From Longimicrobiales bacterium (GTDB lineage Bacteria > Gemmatimonadota > Gemmatimonadetes > Longimicrobiales > Gaopeijiaceae), in assembly GCA_965238005.1 (NCBI GenBank), contig OZ250165.1:704001-768000 (forward strand): DNA of 64,000 nucleotides, read 5' to 3'. Made by a program: the position numbers and the translations under genes. A model generated the notes under the pieces. The model was not told the origin of the DNA. It did not search any database and saw only the letters and a list, made by a program, of their open reading frames with translations. This document shows, one piece after another, positions 51,953-61,119 of the stretch (position 1 is its first letter; each line of letters begins with the position of its first letter).

Positions 51953-52040
51953 GGGATCGAAGGGGCGGAGCCCCTCGCCAGCCCCTTTGTGGGTACAAAG
52001 GGTATGCTGGCTCATGACAGGTAACGGGTCATGAGCCAGC
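51953..52040 (+). repeat. Structured non-coding module type 1, copy 4
   Basis: GGGGCGGAGCCCC, CCCTTTGTGGGTACAAAGGG, and perfect GCTGGCTCATGAC-N9-GTCATGAGCCAGC (52006-52040). Confidence 0.9.
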
Positions 52041-52043
52041 GCC

Positions 52044-53228
52044 TCAGCGGACCGGTTTGGCCTCCGGTTCTCGACGCTCGCCGACGAGATACGCGCCCCA
52101 AGCCTCCATGACCTCGCGCCTCCGGTCTAGCAGGTCGGAACGGGCGTAGGCGGCCTCGACCTTGTTCTTCACGACATGGGCCAGCGCCGCTTCGGCCACC
52201 TCGCGCGCCACGCCCGTCTCCGAGCACCAGTCGCGGAACGAGGACCTCATCCCGTGGGGCGTTCCCTCGATGGAGAGACACCGGAGCAGGCCGCTGAACA
52301 TCGAGGCGTTGATTCTTCCTCCCTTCGCGCCCCGGAACACGAGCCCGCCGCCGTCGTGGCGCTTCCGGGCTTCCTCAAGGATCTCCAAGGCCCGCCTCGA
52401 CAGGGGAACTCGGTGCTCGCGCTTCGCCTTCATGCGGCTGGCGGGAATGGTCCAGACATCGTGCTCGATCTCATCCCACGTCGCGCCCCGGACCTCGTTC
52501 GAGCGTGTCGCGGTCAGGACCATGAACTCGAGCGCCAGCCGGACACCGGCATGGGATCCCGAGTCGCGGACCTCGGCCAGCGCCGCCGACACCTCGCCAT
52601 GCGGGAGCGCCTTGTGATGTCTGGTGGCGTTGCCGTTGCGCGGCAGCGCGGCGGCGATGGCGTCCCCCGCCGGGTTGTCCGGCCGGTAGCCCTTCGCGAC
52701 GGCCCACTTCATCACCGCGCCGATCCGCTGGTGCACGGCCCTCGCGGTCGCGGGCTTGCTTGACCAGATGGGCTGTAGGATCGCGAGCACGTCGGCCGTC
52801 GCGACCTCGCTCACGCGTTTGCGGCCGATGCGCGGATGGGCGTAGTCCCTCAGCGTCTGCCGCCACTGTCCGGCGATGCAGGAAGGGCTCTTCCAGGTCG
52901 GCGAATGGATCGCGATCACCTTCTCGACGGCCGCCTCGAAGGTGGGAACCCCCACGGCTCTCGGGTCGTGGCCCCAATGGAGCGCGCGCCTGTTCTCAAG
53001 CGCCTTCTCCCTCGCCTCCTTGAGCGTCACGACCGGATACGAGCCCAGTCCGAGATTGGTGGGCTTCCCTCCCGCTCGAACGCGCTGGCCCCAGGACTTG
53101 GAGACGCGCCCGGACTTCATTCGGTGGACGCGGAGGTACAGCCCGAGTCCGCCGCGCCCCCCGTCGCCGTAGCGTCCCGGCGTCGTCACCCGTGCCACGA
53201 AGGCAGCCGTAAGCGGTCGTTTACGCAT
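52044..53228 (-). CDS. P4-type tyrosine integrase (int4)
   Basis: Intact RSNEVR, HGMR, LAH and AAY motifs. Confidence 0.95.
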   Translation of the reverse strand: MRKRPLTAAFVARVTTPGRYGDGGRGGLGLYLRVHRMKSGRVSKSWGQRVRAGGKPTNLGLGSYPVVTLKEAREKALENRRALHWGHDPRAVGVPTFEAAVEKVIAIHSPTWKSPSCIAGQWRQTLRDYAHPRIGRKRVSEVATADVLAILQPIWSSKPATARAVHQRIGAVMKWAVAKGYRPDNPAGDAIAAALPRNGNATRHHKALPHGEVSAALAEVRDSGSHAGVRLALEFMVLTATRSNEVRGATWDEIEHDVWTIPASRMKAKREHRVPLSRRALEILEEARKRHDGGGLVFRGAKGGRINASMFSGLLRCLSIEGTPHGMRSSFRDWCSETGVAREVAEAALAHVVKNKVEAAYARSDLLDRRREVMEAWGAYLVGERREPEAKPVR

Positions 53229-53404
53229 GGAGTGTGTCCTACTTGTGTATCACATTCTGACGGATACACCATGGTACAACACGGTACGACTCGGCACAAG
53301 AGGGAGCCTGCGAACACGGCCAAGACACGCCGTATCATGTTGTAATCAAGTATCTTGTGGAATCCTACGGGACAGCCTGAGACGATGTGCACGATCCTAC
53401 TGCG

Positions 53405-53887
53405 TTACTTGAGCGGGAAGTAACGCCGCGTGTTCCCGGCGGCTCCCCGGTAGAGCCGGCTGGGCAGGTGCCGGCGCTCGATGTCGAGCGCCTCGAACGC
53501 ACGGACTTTCTCTTTCTCGGTCGGGAGCCACGGCAAGCCGGGGTGTTCGAGTACGTAGTCGAGTGAGAGGAGGCGCCGCAGGAGCACTTCCTCCGAACCG
53601 GTCCGGCGGTGGCGGATGTCCTCGGCGCCTAGCGCCCGGTAGATCCTGCGTCCGAAGATCCGGCAGACCTTCCGCCGCTCGAGTGTGTCCTCGGCCGCGA
53701 GCCCCCTCTCGAGCAGGGCCCGGACGAACCGAAGCGCCTGCCAGCGATCGATCCGGAGATAGGCGGAGATCTGGGCGCGGGTGAACACGCCGCTGTGCAG
53801 ACAGGCCAGCGCGATCCACTCGGCCTGGCGTCCCGTCCAACCGAACGGCTCGAGGGCCTGTTCGCGTCCCTGCAGATGCGCGATCAC
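53405..53887 (-). pseudogene. 5' half of the split MIAHL-family ICE gene
   Basis: MIAHLQGREQALEPFGW..RRYFPLK*; stop created by the element end; GTGA overlap with virB8. Confidence 0.9.
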
Positions 53888-54552
53888 CTGGGCGGCTCCG
53901 TGACCAGGACACGGTCGGCCTGGAGGTAGGTGATGAGGATGCCCATCGGGTTGTAGACGACGAGCTCGGAGGGGATCACGGTGAGGAAGTTGAACCGGAG
54001 CGTGATCGACCAGCGCTCCCTCAGGGTCTCCTGCCCCTGCCTGAGGTGGACCAGGTCGAAGTCGGCGGTCGCGCCGTGCGGCGCCTCCGGTGCGGGGTGG
54101 ATGCGGAGCACGACCTGCTCGACCTGGAGCTCGGTGTCGGCGGTGCCAGCCGCCATGGCGGCGACCTCGGCGCCGTCACGCGTGAACGCCGCGTTCGCCA
54201 ACTCGGTCGAGAGGAAGCGGAGGCTACGGGTCCAGTGCTCCTCGACCGTCGCCTGGCGCCTGGAGTAGAAGTCGGAGATGAACCGGTTCAGGAAATACTT
54301 GGTCGTGGGATCGAGCGGATCCGCCTGCGCCGTTGCGGCCTCGTAGGCCACGGCCTCGGCGCGGCCGACCTCGTCGACCCGCACGACGATGGGCCTGGGC
54401 GGCTCGACGGTCGCGACCCGGAGCAGGAGCACGCCGAGCGCGAGGCACGCTCCTCCGAGGATCATCGCCAGCGTCCGGAGCTTCCGGTTCGCCTCGACGG
54501 TCTCACCCCAGATTTCCGCGTACTCGCGGCCGGCATCGTGTTCTCGGTTCAT
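53884..54552 (-). CDS. virB8: VirB8/TrbF-like protein
   Basis: Single TM segment, PIVVRVDEVG, YNPMGILIT; GAAGGAG RBS. Confidence 0.85.
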   Translation of the reverse strand: MNREHDAGREYAEIWGETVEANRKLRTLAMILGGACLALGVLLLRVATVEPPRPIVVRVDEVGRAEAVAYEAATAQADPLDPTTKYFLNRFISDFYSRRQATVEEHWTRSLRFLSTELANAAFTRDGAEVAAMAAGTADTELQVEQVVLRIHPAPEAPHGATADFDLVHLRQGQETLRERWSITLRFNFLTVIPSELVVYNPMGILITYLQADRVLVTEPPR

Positions 54553-54563
54553 GGATGTCTCCT

Positions 54564-55574
54564 TCAGCCTCCGGGGATTGGGGGGCGGGCGGGGTTCGCG
54601 GCAGCGCTGAGGCGTCCGCCTCCGCGCATCACGAGCGCCATCATGCCCGACCCGACGGACCCGGACCCGGAGACGAGCATCGCGGCGAGCTCGCCCACCT
54701 TCATGCCGGCCATCAGGCCGGAGACGACGAGCGGGAGCAGGACGACGACCCAGAGCCCGAGCTCGGCCGGGTCGGAGGAGCCGGTGCCCATCAAGGCGCC
54801 GGTATAGGTGGTGACGTAGCCCATGCCCACGCCCATGAACACGCGGAGGATGGCTCCGGCCACGACGCCGTAGAGCGTGTAGACCATGAGCGTGCGGAAC
54901 CATCCCCAGAACAGGAACGCGAGCGGCTCGAACAGCAGCCAGGGGATGAACACCGGACCGAGCAGGATCACGATCGCGAGCGCCACCTGCGCCCAGATCA
55001 CCTGCGCGTAGGTGAGGCAGAAGAGCGCGACCAGGCCGAGCACGAGCGGCGCGCCCATCATCAGCGCGACGAGGGACGAGAAGAACACGCTCACTCCCTC
55101 GGTCACGAGGGTCATCAGGCTCCCGCCGGACCATGCCGCGCCGAGCCGTGCGGCGAACGCCTGCACGAGCGCGGTCATCTCCGTGTAGCCGACGGACACG
55201 ACATCGGAGATGAACAGGTTCTGGAGCCAGATCCCTCCGGCCGCCACCATGGCCGGGAACGTGAAGCCCACGCCCGGGATCGGGACGCTGTAGTAGTGGA
55301 GCAGCGTCCGGGGAATCGCGATCCCGAGCACGACCCGCACGAGCGCCCACGGTTCGAGCGTGCCTCTGTAGGCGATCTTGAGCCCGCTCCATGCGACGAC
55401 GATCGCCGCCAGACCGCCCCACAGCTGGTGGCCGAGCGTGAGCACGTCGGGCGCGGCGCCGCCGACCACGGTGTCGAGCACAACGTCCAGGAACCCCTTG
55501 AAGTCCTGGAGCTGATCCGCCGGGATCTGGGCCGGGACGTTCGGATCGATCGACTGCGGTGGGACGAGCTGCAT
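54564..55574 (-). CDS. virB6: VirB6/TrbL-like polytopic membrane protein
   Basis: Multiple TM segments; ILLGPVFIP..FWGW. Confidence 0.85.
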   Translation of the reverse strand: MQLVPPQSIDPNVPAQIPADQLQDFKGFLDVVLDTVVGGAAPDVLTLGHQLWGGLAAIVVAWSGLKIAYRGTLEPWALVRVVLGIAIPRTLLHYYSVPIPGVGFTFPAMVAAGGIWLQNLFISDVVSVGYTEMTALVQAFAARLGAAWSGGSLMTLVTEGVSVFFSSLVALMMGAPLVLGLVALFCLTYAQVIWAQVALAIVILLGPVFIPWLLFEPLAFLFWGWFRTLMVYTLYGVVAGAILRVFMGVGMGYVTTYTGALMGTGSSDPAELGLWVVVLLPLVVSGLMAGMKVGELAAMLVSGSGSVGSGMMALVMRGGGRLSAAANPARPPIPGG

Positions 55575-55592
55575 GACAGTCGCTCCCGGGGC

Positions 55593-56522
55593 CTAAACTT
55601 GGCCGCCCATGTAGAACGACGGGATCTTGAAGAGGAGCCCTTCACGGAGCCGGTCGCGGTTCTGGAACGCGGCCGTGCGCATCGCATCCGCCATCGCGTT
55701 CGTACGGAGGCGCGCGTCCCTCCACTCGGCGAGCCGCTCGAGCCGGTCGATCTCGGCCTGCTGCATCCGGTTCGCCTGCTCGACCGCCTGATAGGCGAGC
55801 ACCTGCGCCACGGCGGCGTTGATCCGGCCCTGCGTCAGCGCGGCAGCCACTTGCGCCTGCTGGAGCGCCGTGGCTGACAGATTGCCGTTCGCGGTCAGGT
55901 CGTCGAACGAGTCCTGCGCGCTCTCGACGGTCGAGGCGAGCGAGGCCGCGGCGTCCATCATCGCGTAGTCGAGCACGCGCTGGCGGTCGGCGGTCTCGCG
56001 GGCCTGGCGGTAGTCCTCAACCGCGCGCGACGACGCCTCGGCCGGGTGGTTGCGGAACAGCCCCAAGATGTCCGCCTCGCTCACCTGGTCGGCCACGCCC
56101 TGCGCGCTCCGCCAGACATCGGTGAACGAGTCGCCGCTCCCCATGCCCCGGACCGCGTCGACCAGCTCTCCGGCTGCGCCGGTGAACTCGGAGCCCCAGT
56201 CGAGGCCGTCGCCGACGAGGCCGATGGATCCGGCCGCCAGCTCCGAGAACGGTTCGATCAGCGCGTCGACCTCGCCCCGCGCGACGTCCTTCATGTAGTC
56301 GAGCTGCTCCTCGAGCTCGGTGAGCTGGCGAGTCATCGTCCGCATCTGGCGGATCTGGTTCGCGATCTGGGTCGCTTGGTTCACGATCATCTGGGCCCGC
56401 TGGATCACGCCGCCGATGTCGAAGAAGGCGTTGGCCGGCCCAGCGCTCGCGAGCATCAGGATGGAGACCAAGAGGACGGTGGTAAGGCTGCGGTGACGCA
56501 TGATGAGCTCCTTTGGTGTCAT
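55593..56522 (-). CDS. TrbJ/VirB5-like secreted helical protein
   Basis: Signal peptide; NQATQIANQIRQM; Q/A-rich; upstream of virB6. Confidence 0.65.
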   Translation of the reverse strand: MTPKELIMRHRSLTTVLLVSILMLASAGPANAFFDIGGVIQRAQMIVNQATQIANQIRQMRTMTRQLTELEEQLDYMKDVARGEVDALIEPFSELAAGSIGLVGDGLDWGSEFTGAAGELVDAVRGMGSGDSFTDVWRSAQGVADQVSEADILGLFRNHPAEASSRAVEDYRQARETADRQRVLDYAMMDAAASLASTVESAQDSFDDLTANGNLSATALQQAQVAAALTQGRINAAVAQVLAYQAVEQANRMQQAEIDRLERLAEWRDARLRTNAMADAMRTAAFQNRDRLREGLLFKIPSFYMGGQV

Positions 56523-57793
56523 TGCCGTGTCCCGGCCCTCGGGACCAGGACATCGGACGTGAACCAGATGCGCAGGCGATGGCCGGCGCGGATCGTGATC
56601 GTGGGAAGCCGGTTCAGGAACCGGTCGAGAACCGAGGTCGCGCTCTGGCCGAGTCCCTGGCCGACGCCCGCCCTGAGGCCGAACGGCGAACCGCCGGCCA
56701 GGGCGAGTCCGCTTACGACACCGACGGCTCCGGCCGCAGCGAACGTGCTGAAGTAGTGGCGATCGACCTGGTCCTGAAGGGCGCCCTCGCCCGCCTGGTT
56801 CAGGCCCGTGAACTCGAGGTCGATCCAGCTGCCGTCGGGCAGGATCAACCGGTGGAACGCGACGGCCAGCCGACTCTGGTCCCGGTCCTGAACCGCCTGG
56901 GCCATGCCGACGACGCGCGTTCCGCGCGGGATCAGGATCCGCTGGCGGTCGGCCGAATAGAACGGGACCGAGACCATGGCGAGCACCGGTCCCGGGAAAT
57001 CGCCCGTGAGCTGCGTGAGGAGCACCCCTTCGAGGAACGAGCCCTCGTAGATCCGCTCCCAACCCGGCGGGTCGGCAGGCCGGACGCTACGCCCTGGCTC
57101 AGCCGTGCCGGGCGCTCGGAGGGAGGCCTGCGGCCCGGACGCGGGCGCCATCGCAGCGGCGATGCCAGGGGACCCGAGGAGAAGCTGCTCCGCCGCCAGC
57201 TCGCCCTCGAGCGCCCCGAGCGACTGCTCGAAGGATGCGAGCGCCGCTTGGACCGTGTTCTCGAGGAGCGCCACATCCGCGTCGGCCGCATCGCCGGTGC
57301 CGGCTTCGGACGACTCCGCGGTCGCGTTCGGATCCCTGTACGACTGAGCCACGGGAAGGGCACGGAGCGAGCGGGTTCTTCGCTCCAGCTCCTCCAGCCG
57401 AAGCGCCTCCCTAAGCTCCGACTCGGCCGCGCTCACGCCTGGGATCAAGGCTGCGGTGTTCGGCGTCTCCGACTCCGTCTGGAGCCGAGCCATCTCCCCG
57501 GCGGCCGCAGCCTGCCGGCGCTCGAGCTCGGCGCGCGCCCGGGCGGCGGCCTCCAGAGTCTGCCGCTCGGCCTCTTGCCGAATGCGCGCCTGGAGCGACC
57601 TCCCCATCCCGTCGTCGACCGCCTGCGCCTCAGGCAGGGCTACGAGAGTGTCGGCTTCCTGGGGACCCGTCATCGCCCACGAGAAGAGGAGTCCGCCGAC
57701 GAGCACGGCGATCAACACCACGCCGGCCTTCGTGACGATGCCGCCGGGGAGCGCACCTTCCGGCGGCGATACCCACTGCTTCCAGCGGCTCAT
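56519..57793 (-). CDS. virB10: VirB10/TrbI-like protein
   Basis: GSFLEGVL..LIPRGTRVVG..RLILPDG..VDRHY..PTITIRAG. Confidence 0.9.
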   Translation of the reverse strand: MSRWKQWVSPPEGALPGGIVTKAGVVLIAVLVGGLLFSWAMTGPQEADTLVALPEAQAVDDGMGRSLQARIRQEAERQTLEAAARARAELERRQAAAAGEMARLQTESETPNTAALIPGVSAAESELREALRLEELERRTRSLRALPVAQSYRDPNATAESSEAGTGDAADADVALLENTVQAALASFEQSLGALEGELAAEQLLLGSPGIAAAMAPASGPQASLRAPGTAEPGRSVRPADPPGWERIYEGSFLEGVLLTQLTGDFPGPVLAMVSVPFYSADRQRILIPRGTRVVGMAQAVQDRDQSRLAVAFHRLILPDGSWIDLEFTGLNQAGEGALQDQVDRHYFSTFAAAGAVGVVSGLALAGGSPFGLRAGVGQGLGQSATSVLDRFLNRLPTITIRAGHRLRIWFTSDVLVPRAGTRQ

Positions 57794-58668
57794 CTGAGTT
57801 CTTCCCGCGGCGTGAACCGCCAGCTGGCCCGCTTGTCGCCGATCTGGAGCCACCCGTCTCCCAGTACGTGGCGGGCGATGTAGAGGCCCTCCTCCGTCAG
57901 GTCGTAAGCGACGAGCGCCGGTTCGCCGTCCCGGAGCTCATAGAGGGCCGGCGACTCCTGGGCGTGGGACCGGAGGTAGGTGAACTGCCCGTCGTGCCAC
58001 ATCGCTTCGACCAGGAACGGCCGGTCCGCCGCGTCCCCGTCGAGCCGGTACTCGAAGGCGAGACGCTCCGGATAGCCGGCACGGAACTCCTCGATCGCCG
58101 ACTCAGCCTGCGTCCGGGCCTCCAGGATGCCGGCCTCGGCCGCCTCCCGGGCGCTGCGAGCCGCCTCGGCCGCCTCGGCGGCCATCTGCTGATAGGCCGC
58201 GACCTCGCTCCGCGCGACGAACGCGGGACGGCCCGTGCCGCCGCTGGACAGCCCCGTCTTCTCCGCGCGGGACTCGACCCGGACGACCAGATGGGGCGGT
58301 CGCTCGTTCTCCTCGGCGCTCTGCTCGGCCACCAGGAACGAGTAGATGTGCCCCGACTCGCATACGAGCGCGATATTCGTCGCCGCGTCCGGCCGCAGAG
58401 GCTTCAGGAACGCGACGTTCGCGGCGCCGGTCAGGTGCCAGTACTCCGAGTCGCCGACCACGAAATCCAGGATGTTCTCACCGGCGGGGAGCACGATCAC
58501 CGTCGTGTGACGGACCTGGGTGCGGAGCCGATGGATCCGATCCTCCCCCTCCTCCGGGACACTCACGCGGAGAAAGGAGTCGTCGTCCGCCTGCTGGGCG
58601 GTAGCCGCGACAGGGAAGGCAGCCAGGAGAAGGGCGGTTAGAACGAGGGGTGTCATTGGTGGTCGCAT
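57790..58668 (-). CDS. virB9: VirB9/TrbG-like protein
   Basis: Signal peptide; TVIVLPAGE..GDSEYW..FLKP..TN; WHDGQFTY..PALY..LVAY. Confidence 0.88.
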   Translation of the reverse strand: MRPPMTPLVLTALLLAAFPVAATAQQADDDSFLRVSVPEEGEDRIHRLRTQVRHTTVIVLPAGENILDFVVGDSEYWHLTGAANVAFLKPLRPDAATNIALVCESGHIYSFLVAEQSAEENERPPHLVVRVESRAEKTGLSSGGTGRPAFVARSEVAAYQQMAAEAAEAARSAREAAEAGILEARTQAESAIEEFRAGYPERLAFEYRLDGDAADRPFLVEAMWHDGQFTYLRSHAQESPALYELRDGEPALVAYDLTEEGLYIARHVLGDGWLQIGDKRASWRFTPREELR

Positions 58669-58674
58669 GGCGTA

Positions 58675-61119
58675 TCAGCTCCTTGCGTTGGGGGTGGGTG
58701 TGGGATCGTCTCGGCTCGCGAGCACCTCGAGGGCCCGGGCCAGCCCGTGGCGCTCGACGGCGCGGGCCCTCTCCTCGGCGTCCAATGCGGACGAGGTGTA
58801 GAGCCAGTAGCTCTCCGGATCGACCTCGAGCCGGAGCACCGCCGCCCCGTCCGGGCGACGGAGGTAGAGCTCGCGCTTGGGGATCAGGCCCCGGACCCGG
58901 GCCACCTCCGACTCGTTCAGCCGGAAGAGCGCTCCGACCTCGTCGGGGAGCTCCGGGTTCGCGAGGAAGAGTTTCGTCGGGATCGACTCGAGGAGCGCCG
59001 CCGCGCCGGGCGTAGCCGTGACGTCCACCGCGGACTGCGTGGCGAGGACCAGCGCGGCGTTCTTCTTGCGCCACGTCTTCGCCGCCTCGGCCAGGTAGTT
59101 CAGTACGGCCGGGTCCTGCAGGTAGCGCCAGGCCTCGTCGACCACCATCACCTTGAGCCGCGCCGCCTCGGCCGGGTCCTCCACCTCGAGGCGCATCCGC
59201 TCGAGCAGGTAGGAGAGTGCCGCGTCGCAGAGATCCGGATGCTCGACCGCCCCGGCGAGATCGATCACCTGCCAGTCGGCGAACTCGAGGTCCGGTGTCC
59301 CGCCAGCCGGGTTATCGAAGTACGCGCCCCACGCGCCGCCTTGGGTCCAGCGGCTCCAGGCCGGCCACGTCGCGGACGGAAGCGAGGCGGCCAGGACGCT
59401 CAGCGTCCGTCGCTCCGGCTCGAACGCGTAGAGGTCCTCGATCCGGGCCCGGATCTCGCTCGTATCCGCTCCGCTCGCCTCCCAGCCGCCGAGCTTGAGT
59501 AGCCGCAGCACCCAGCCGGTCAGGAACTGGAACGTCCGCGTGCCCGCCGGGAGGGCGAACGGCTGCAGCCGGAGCGTGGGCTCCGCCTCGCCGGGCGAGA
59601 GCTCCAGGTAGCGGCCTCCCAGAAACCGGGTCAGCCAGCGGTAGGAGCCGCCGAGATCCAGAATCAGGACCCGCGGGTCGTACCTGAGAGCCTCGACCAG
59701 CAGGAAGTTCAGTGTGAAGCTCTTGCCCGAGCCGGTCGCGCCGAGCATCAGCGTGTGGCCCACGTCGCCGGCGAACAGATCGTAGTGGTACGCCGTACGC
59801 CACGGCGTCTCCAAGACCGCGAGCGACTCACGGCCAAGGTGTTTGCTCTTAGCCCGGCCCCTGGGCGGCCCGAACAGCGGCGCCAGGCAGGCCGCGACGC
59901 CGGCCGACACGAACACCTTCCGCACCTGCCGCCCACGCGGCTGGGCCGGGAGCCGCGAGAACCAGGCCGGCAGCTGGCCGTAGCCCTCACGGATCACCTT
60001 CGCGTCGTGGGCTGCGAAGAGACGACGCAGGTCGCCGTCCAGCCGCTCGATGCTTCCCAGCTCGCCGTGGAGCGCCACCGTCAGCGTGGCCTCGCCGTAG
60101 CTCACTCCGTCCGCTTCCAGCTCGACCAGCGCCTCGCCCAGCCGGTCCGACTCCGTGGCCGCGGCCGAGTCGACCATCGCGGCGGCCGTGCCCTCCGTCT
60201 CCTGCACGTGCGCCATCATCGAGTAGCGGCGCGCGAAGTAGTGCCGCTGCGCGCCACGGATCCGGCGCCTCGCCGCCTCCACCGCCCAGGGCCGCCACTC
60301 GAGCGACACCGTCATCGCCGCATCCAGGCAGTAGAGCTCCCGGAGCAGGTTCGCGTAGGCTTGGCCGGGCGGGGACAGAAGCGAGTAGAGGATCACGGGC
60401 TCGCCGTCGAGGCGCAGGTGGGAGCGCTCCGCCTCGAGTTCCGAGAGGGCGAGCCGCCAGTTCATCCCGCTTCCCGTCGCGCCGTCCCAGATCATGCCCG
60501 GACGGTTGATCAGCTCGGAGAGAAGCCGCGAGGCTTCGGCGGGCTCGAGCATCTCGATCGGCGTGTGCTCCTCCACGAGCGCACGGCCCGCGTCCACCGT
60601 CGAGCGAAAGCGGGCGGCGGCCGCCTCGATCTCGGAACCGAGGTAGGTCGGCGCGCCCCCTCGGCGGCGCTTCCACCACTGCATGAGCCGGGAGGCGCTT
60701 CCTGTTCTGGGCCCGTCTGCGACCGTGCGTAGACGGGGATCGTGCGACCAGACCAGATAGGCCTCGAGCTGCTGGACGCGGCCCGACAGAAACGCACTCC
60801 GCTTCCGCTGCGACACCGCTACGATGCCGGAGCCCTCGTCGTCCGCGGCCTCGGGCACACTTGGCCGGCGGAGCAGATAGAAGTAGAGGCGCGTGTCGGC
60901 GTCCAAACCCGAGAGCAACCGCTGCCAGCGGCCCAGCACGCGGTCGATCTGCTCGGGCGAACGCCCATCGACCACCGCGGGCTCCAGCCGGCCGGCCGCG
61001 ATCAGCTCGCCCGAGCGGGTCAGGCAGGTGCGTCCGTCCTCGAGCCAGCCCCAGTAGGGCAGCTCCTCCGCCAACGAACCGGCCACCTCGTGGTTCCGGA
61101 GCTCCGCGGAGATCCTCAT
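58675..61119 (-). CDS. virB4: VirB4/TrbE-like ATPase
   Basis: GHTLMLGATGSGKS, LDLGGSY, VDEAWRYL, TWRKKNA..ATQS. Confidence 0.93.
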   Translation of the reverse strand: MRISAELRNHEVAGSLAEELPYWGWLEDGRTCLTRSGELIAAGRLEPAVVDGRSPEQIDRVLGRWQRLLSGLDADTRLYFYLLRRPSVPEAADDEGSGIVAVSQRKRSAFLSGRVQQLEAYLVWSHDPRLRTVADGPRTGSASRLMQWWKRRRGGAPTYLGSEIEAAAARFRSTVDAGRALVEEHTPIEMLEPAEASRLLSELINRPGMIWDGATGSGMNWRLALSELEAERSHLRLDGEPVILYSLLSPPGQAYANLLRELYCLDAAMTVSLEWRPWAVEAARRRIRGAQRHYFARRYSMMAHVQETEGTAAAMVDSAAATESDRLGEALVELEADGVSYGEATLTVALHGELGSIERLDGDLRRLFAAHDAKVIREGYGQLPAWFSRLPAQPRGRQVRKVFVSAGVAACLAPLFGPPRGRAKSKHLGRESLAVLETPWRTAYHYDLFAGDVGHTLMLGATGSGKSFTLNFLLVEALRYDPRVLILDLGGSYRWLTRFLGGRYLELSPGEAEPTLRLQPFALPAGTRTFQFLTGWVLRLLKLGGWEASGADTSEIRARIEDLYAFEPERRTLSVLAASLPSATWPAWSRWTQGGAWGAYFDNPAGGTPDLEFADWQVIDLAGAVEHPDLCDAALSYLLERMRLEVEDPAEAARLKVMVVDEAWRYLQDPAVLNYLAEAAKTWRKKNAALVLATQSAVDVTATPGAAALLESIPTKLFLANPELPDEVGALFRLNESEVARVRGLIPKRELYLRRPDGAAVLRLEVDPESYWLYTSSALDAEERARAVERHGLARALEVLASRDDPTPTPNARS

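Larger units (their letters stand above)
37903..53420. mobile_element. 15.5-kb int4 integrative element carrying defence cargo
   Basis: 13-bp direct repeat CTTGAGCGGGAAG at 37903-37915 and 53408-53420; GTGTATCAC at 37976 and 53245; integrase at the right end. Confidence 0.9.

Noticed and set aside
189..52040. Palindromic modules as integron attC sites
   Set aside because: No RYYYAAC/GTTRRRY boundaries, not arrayed between cassettes, and no IntI-type integrase.
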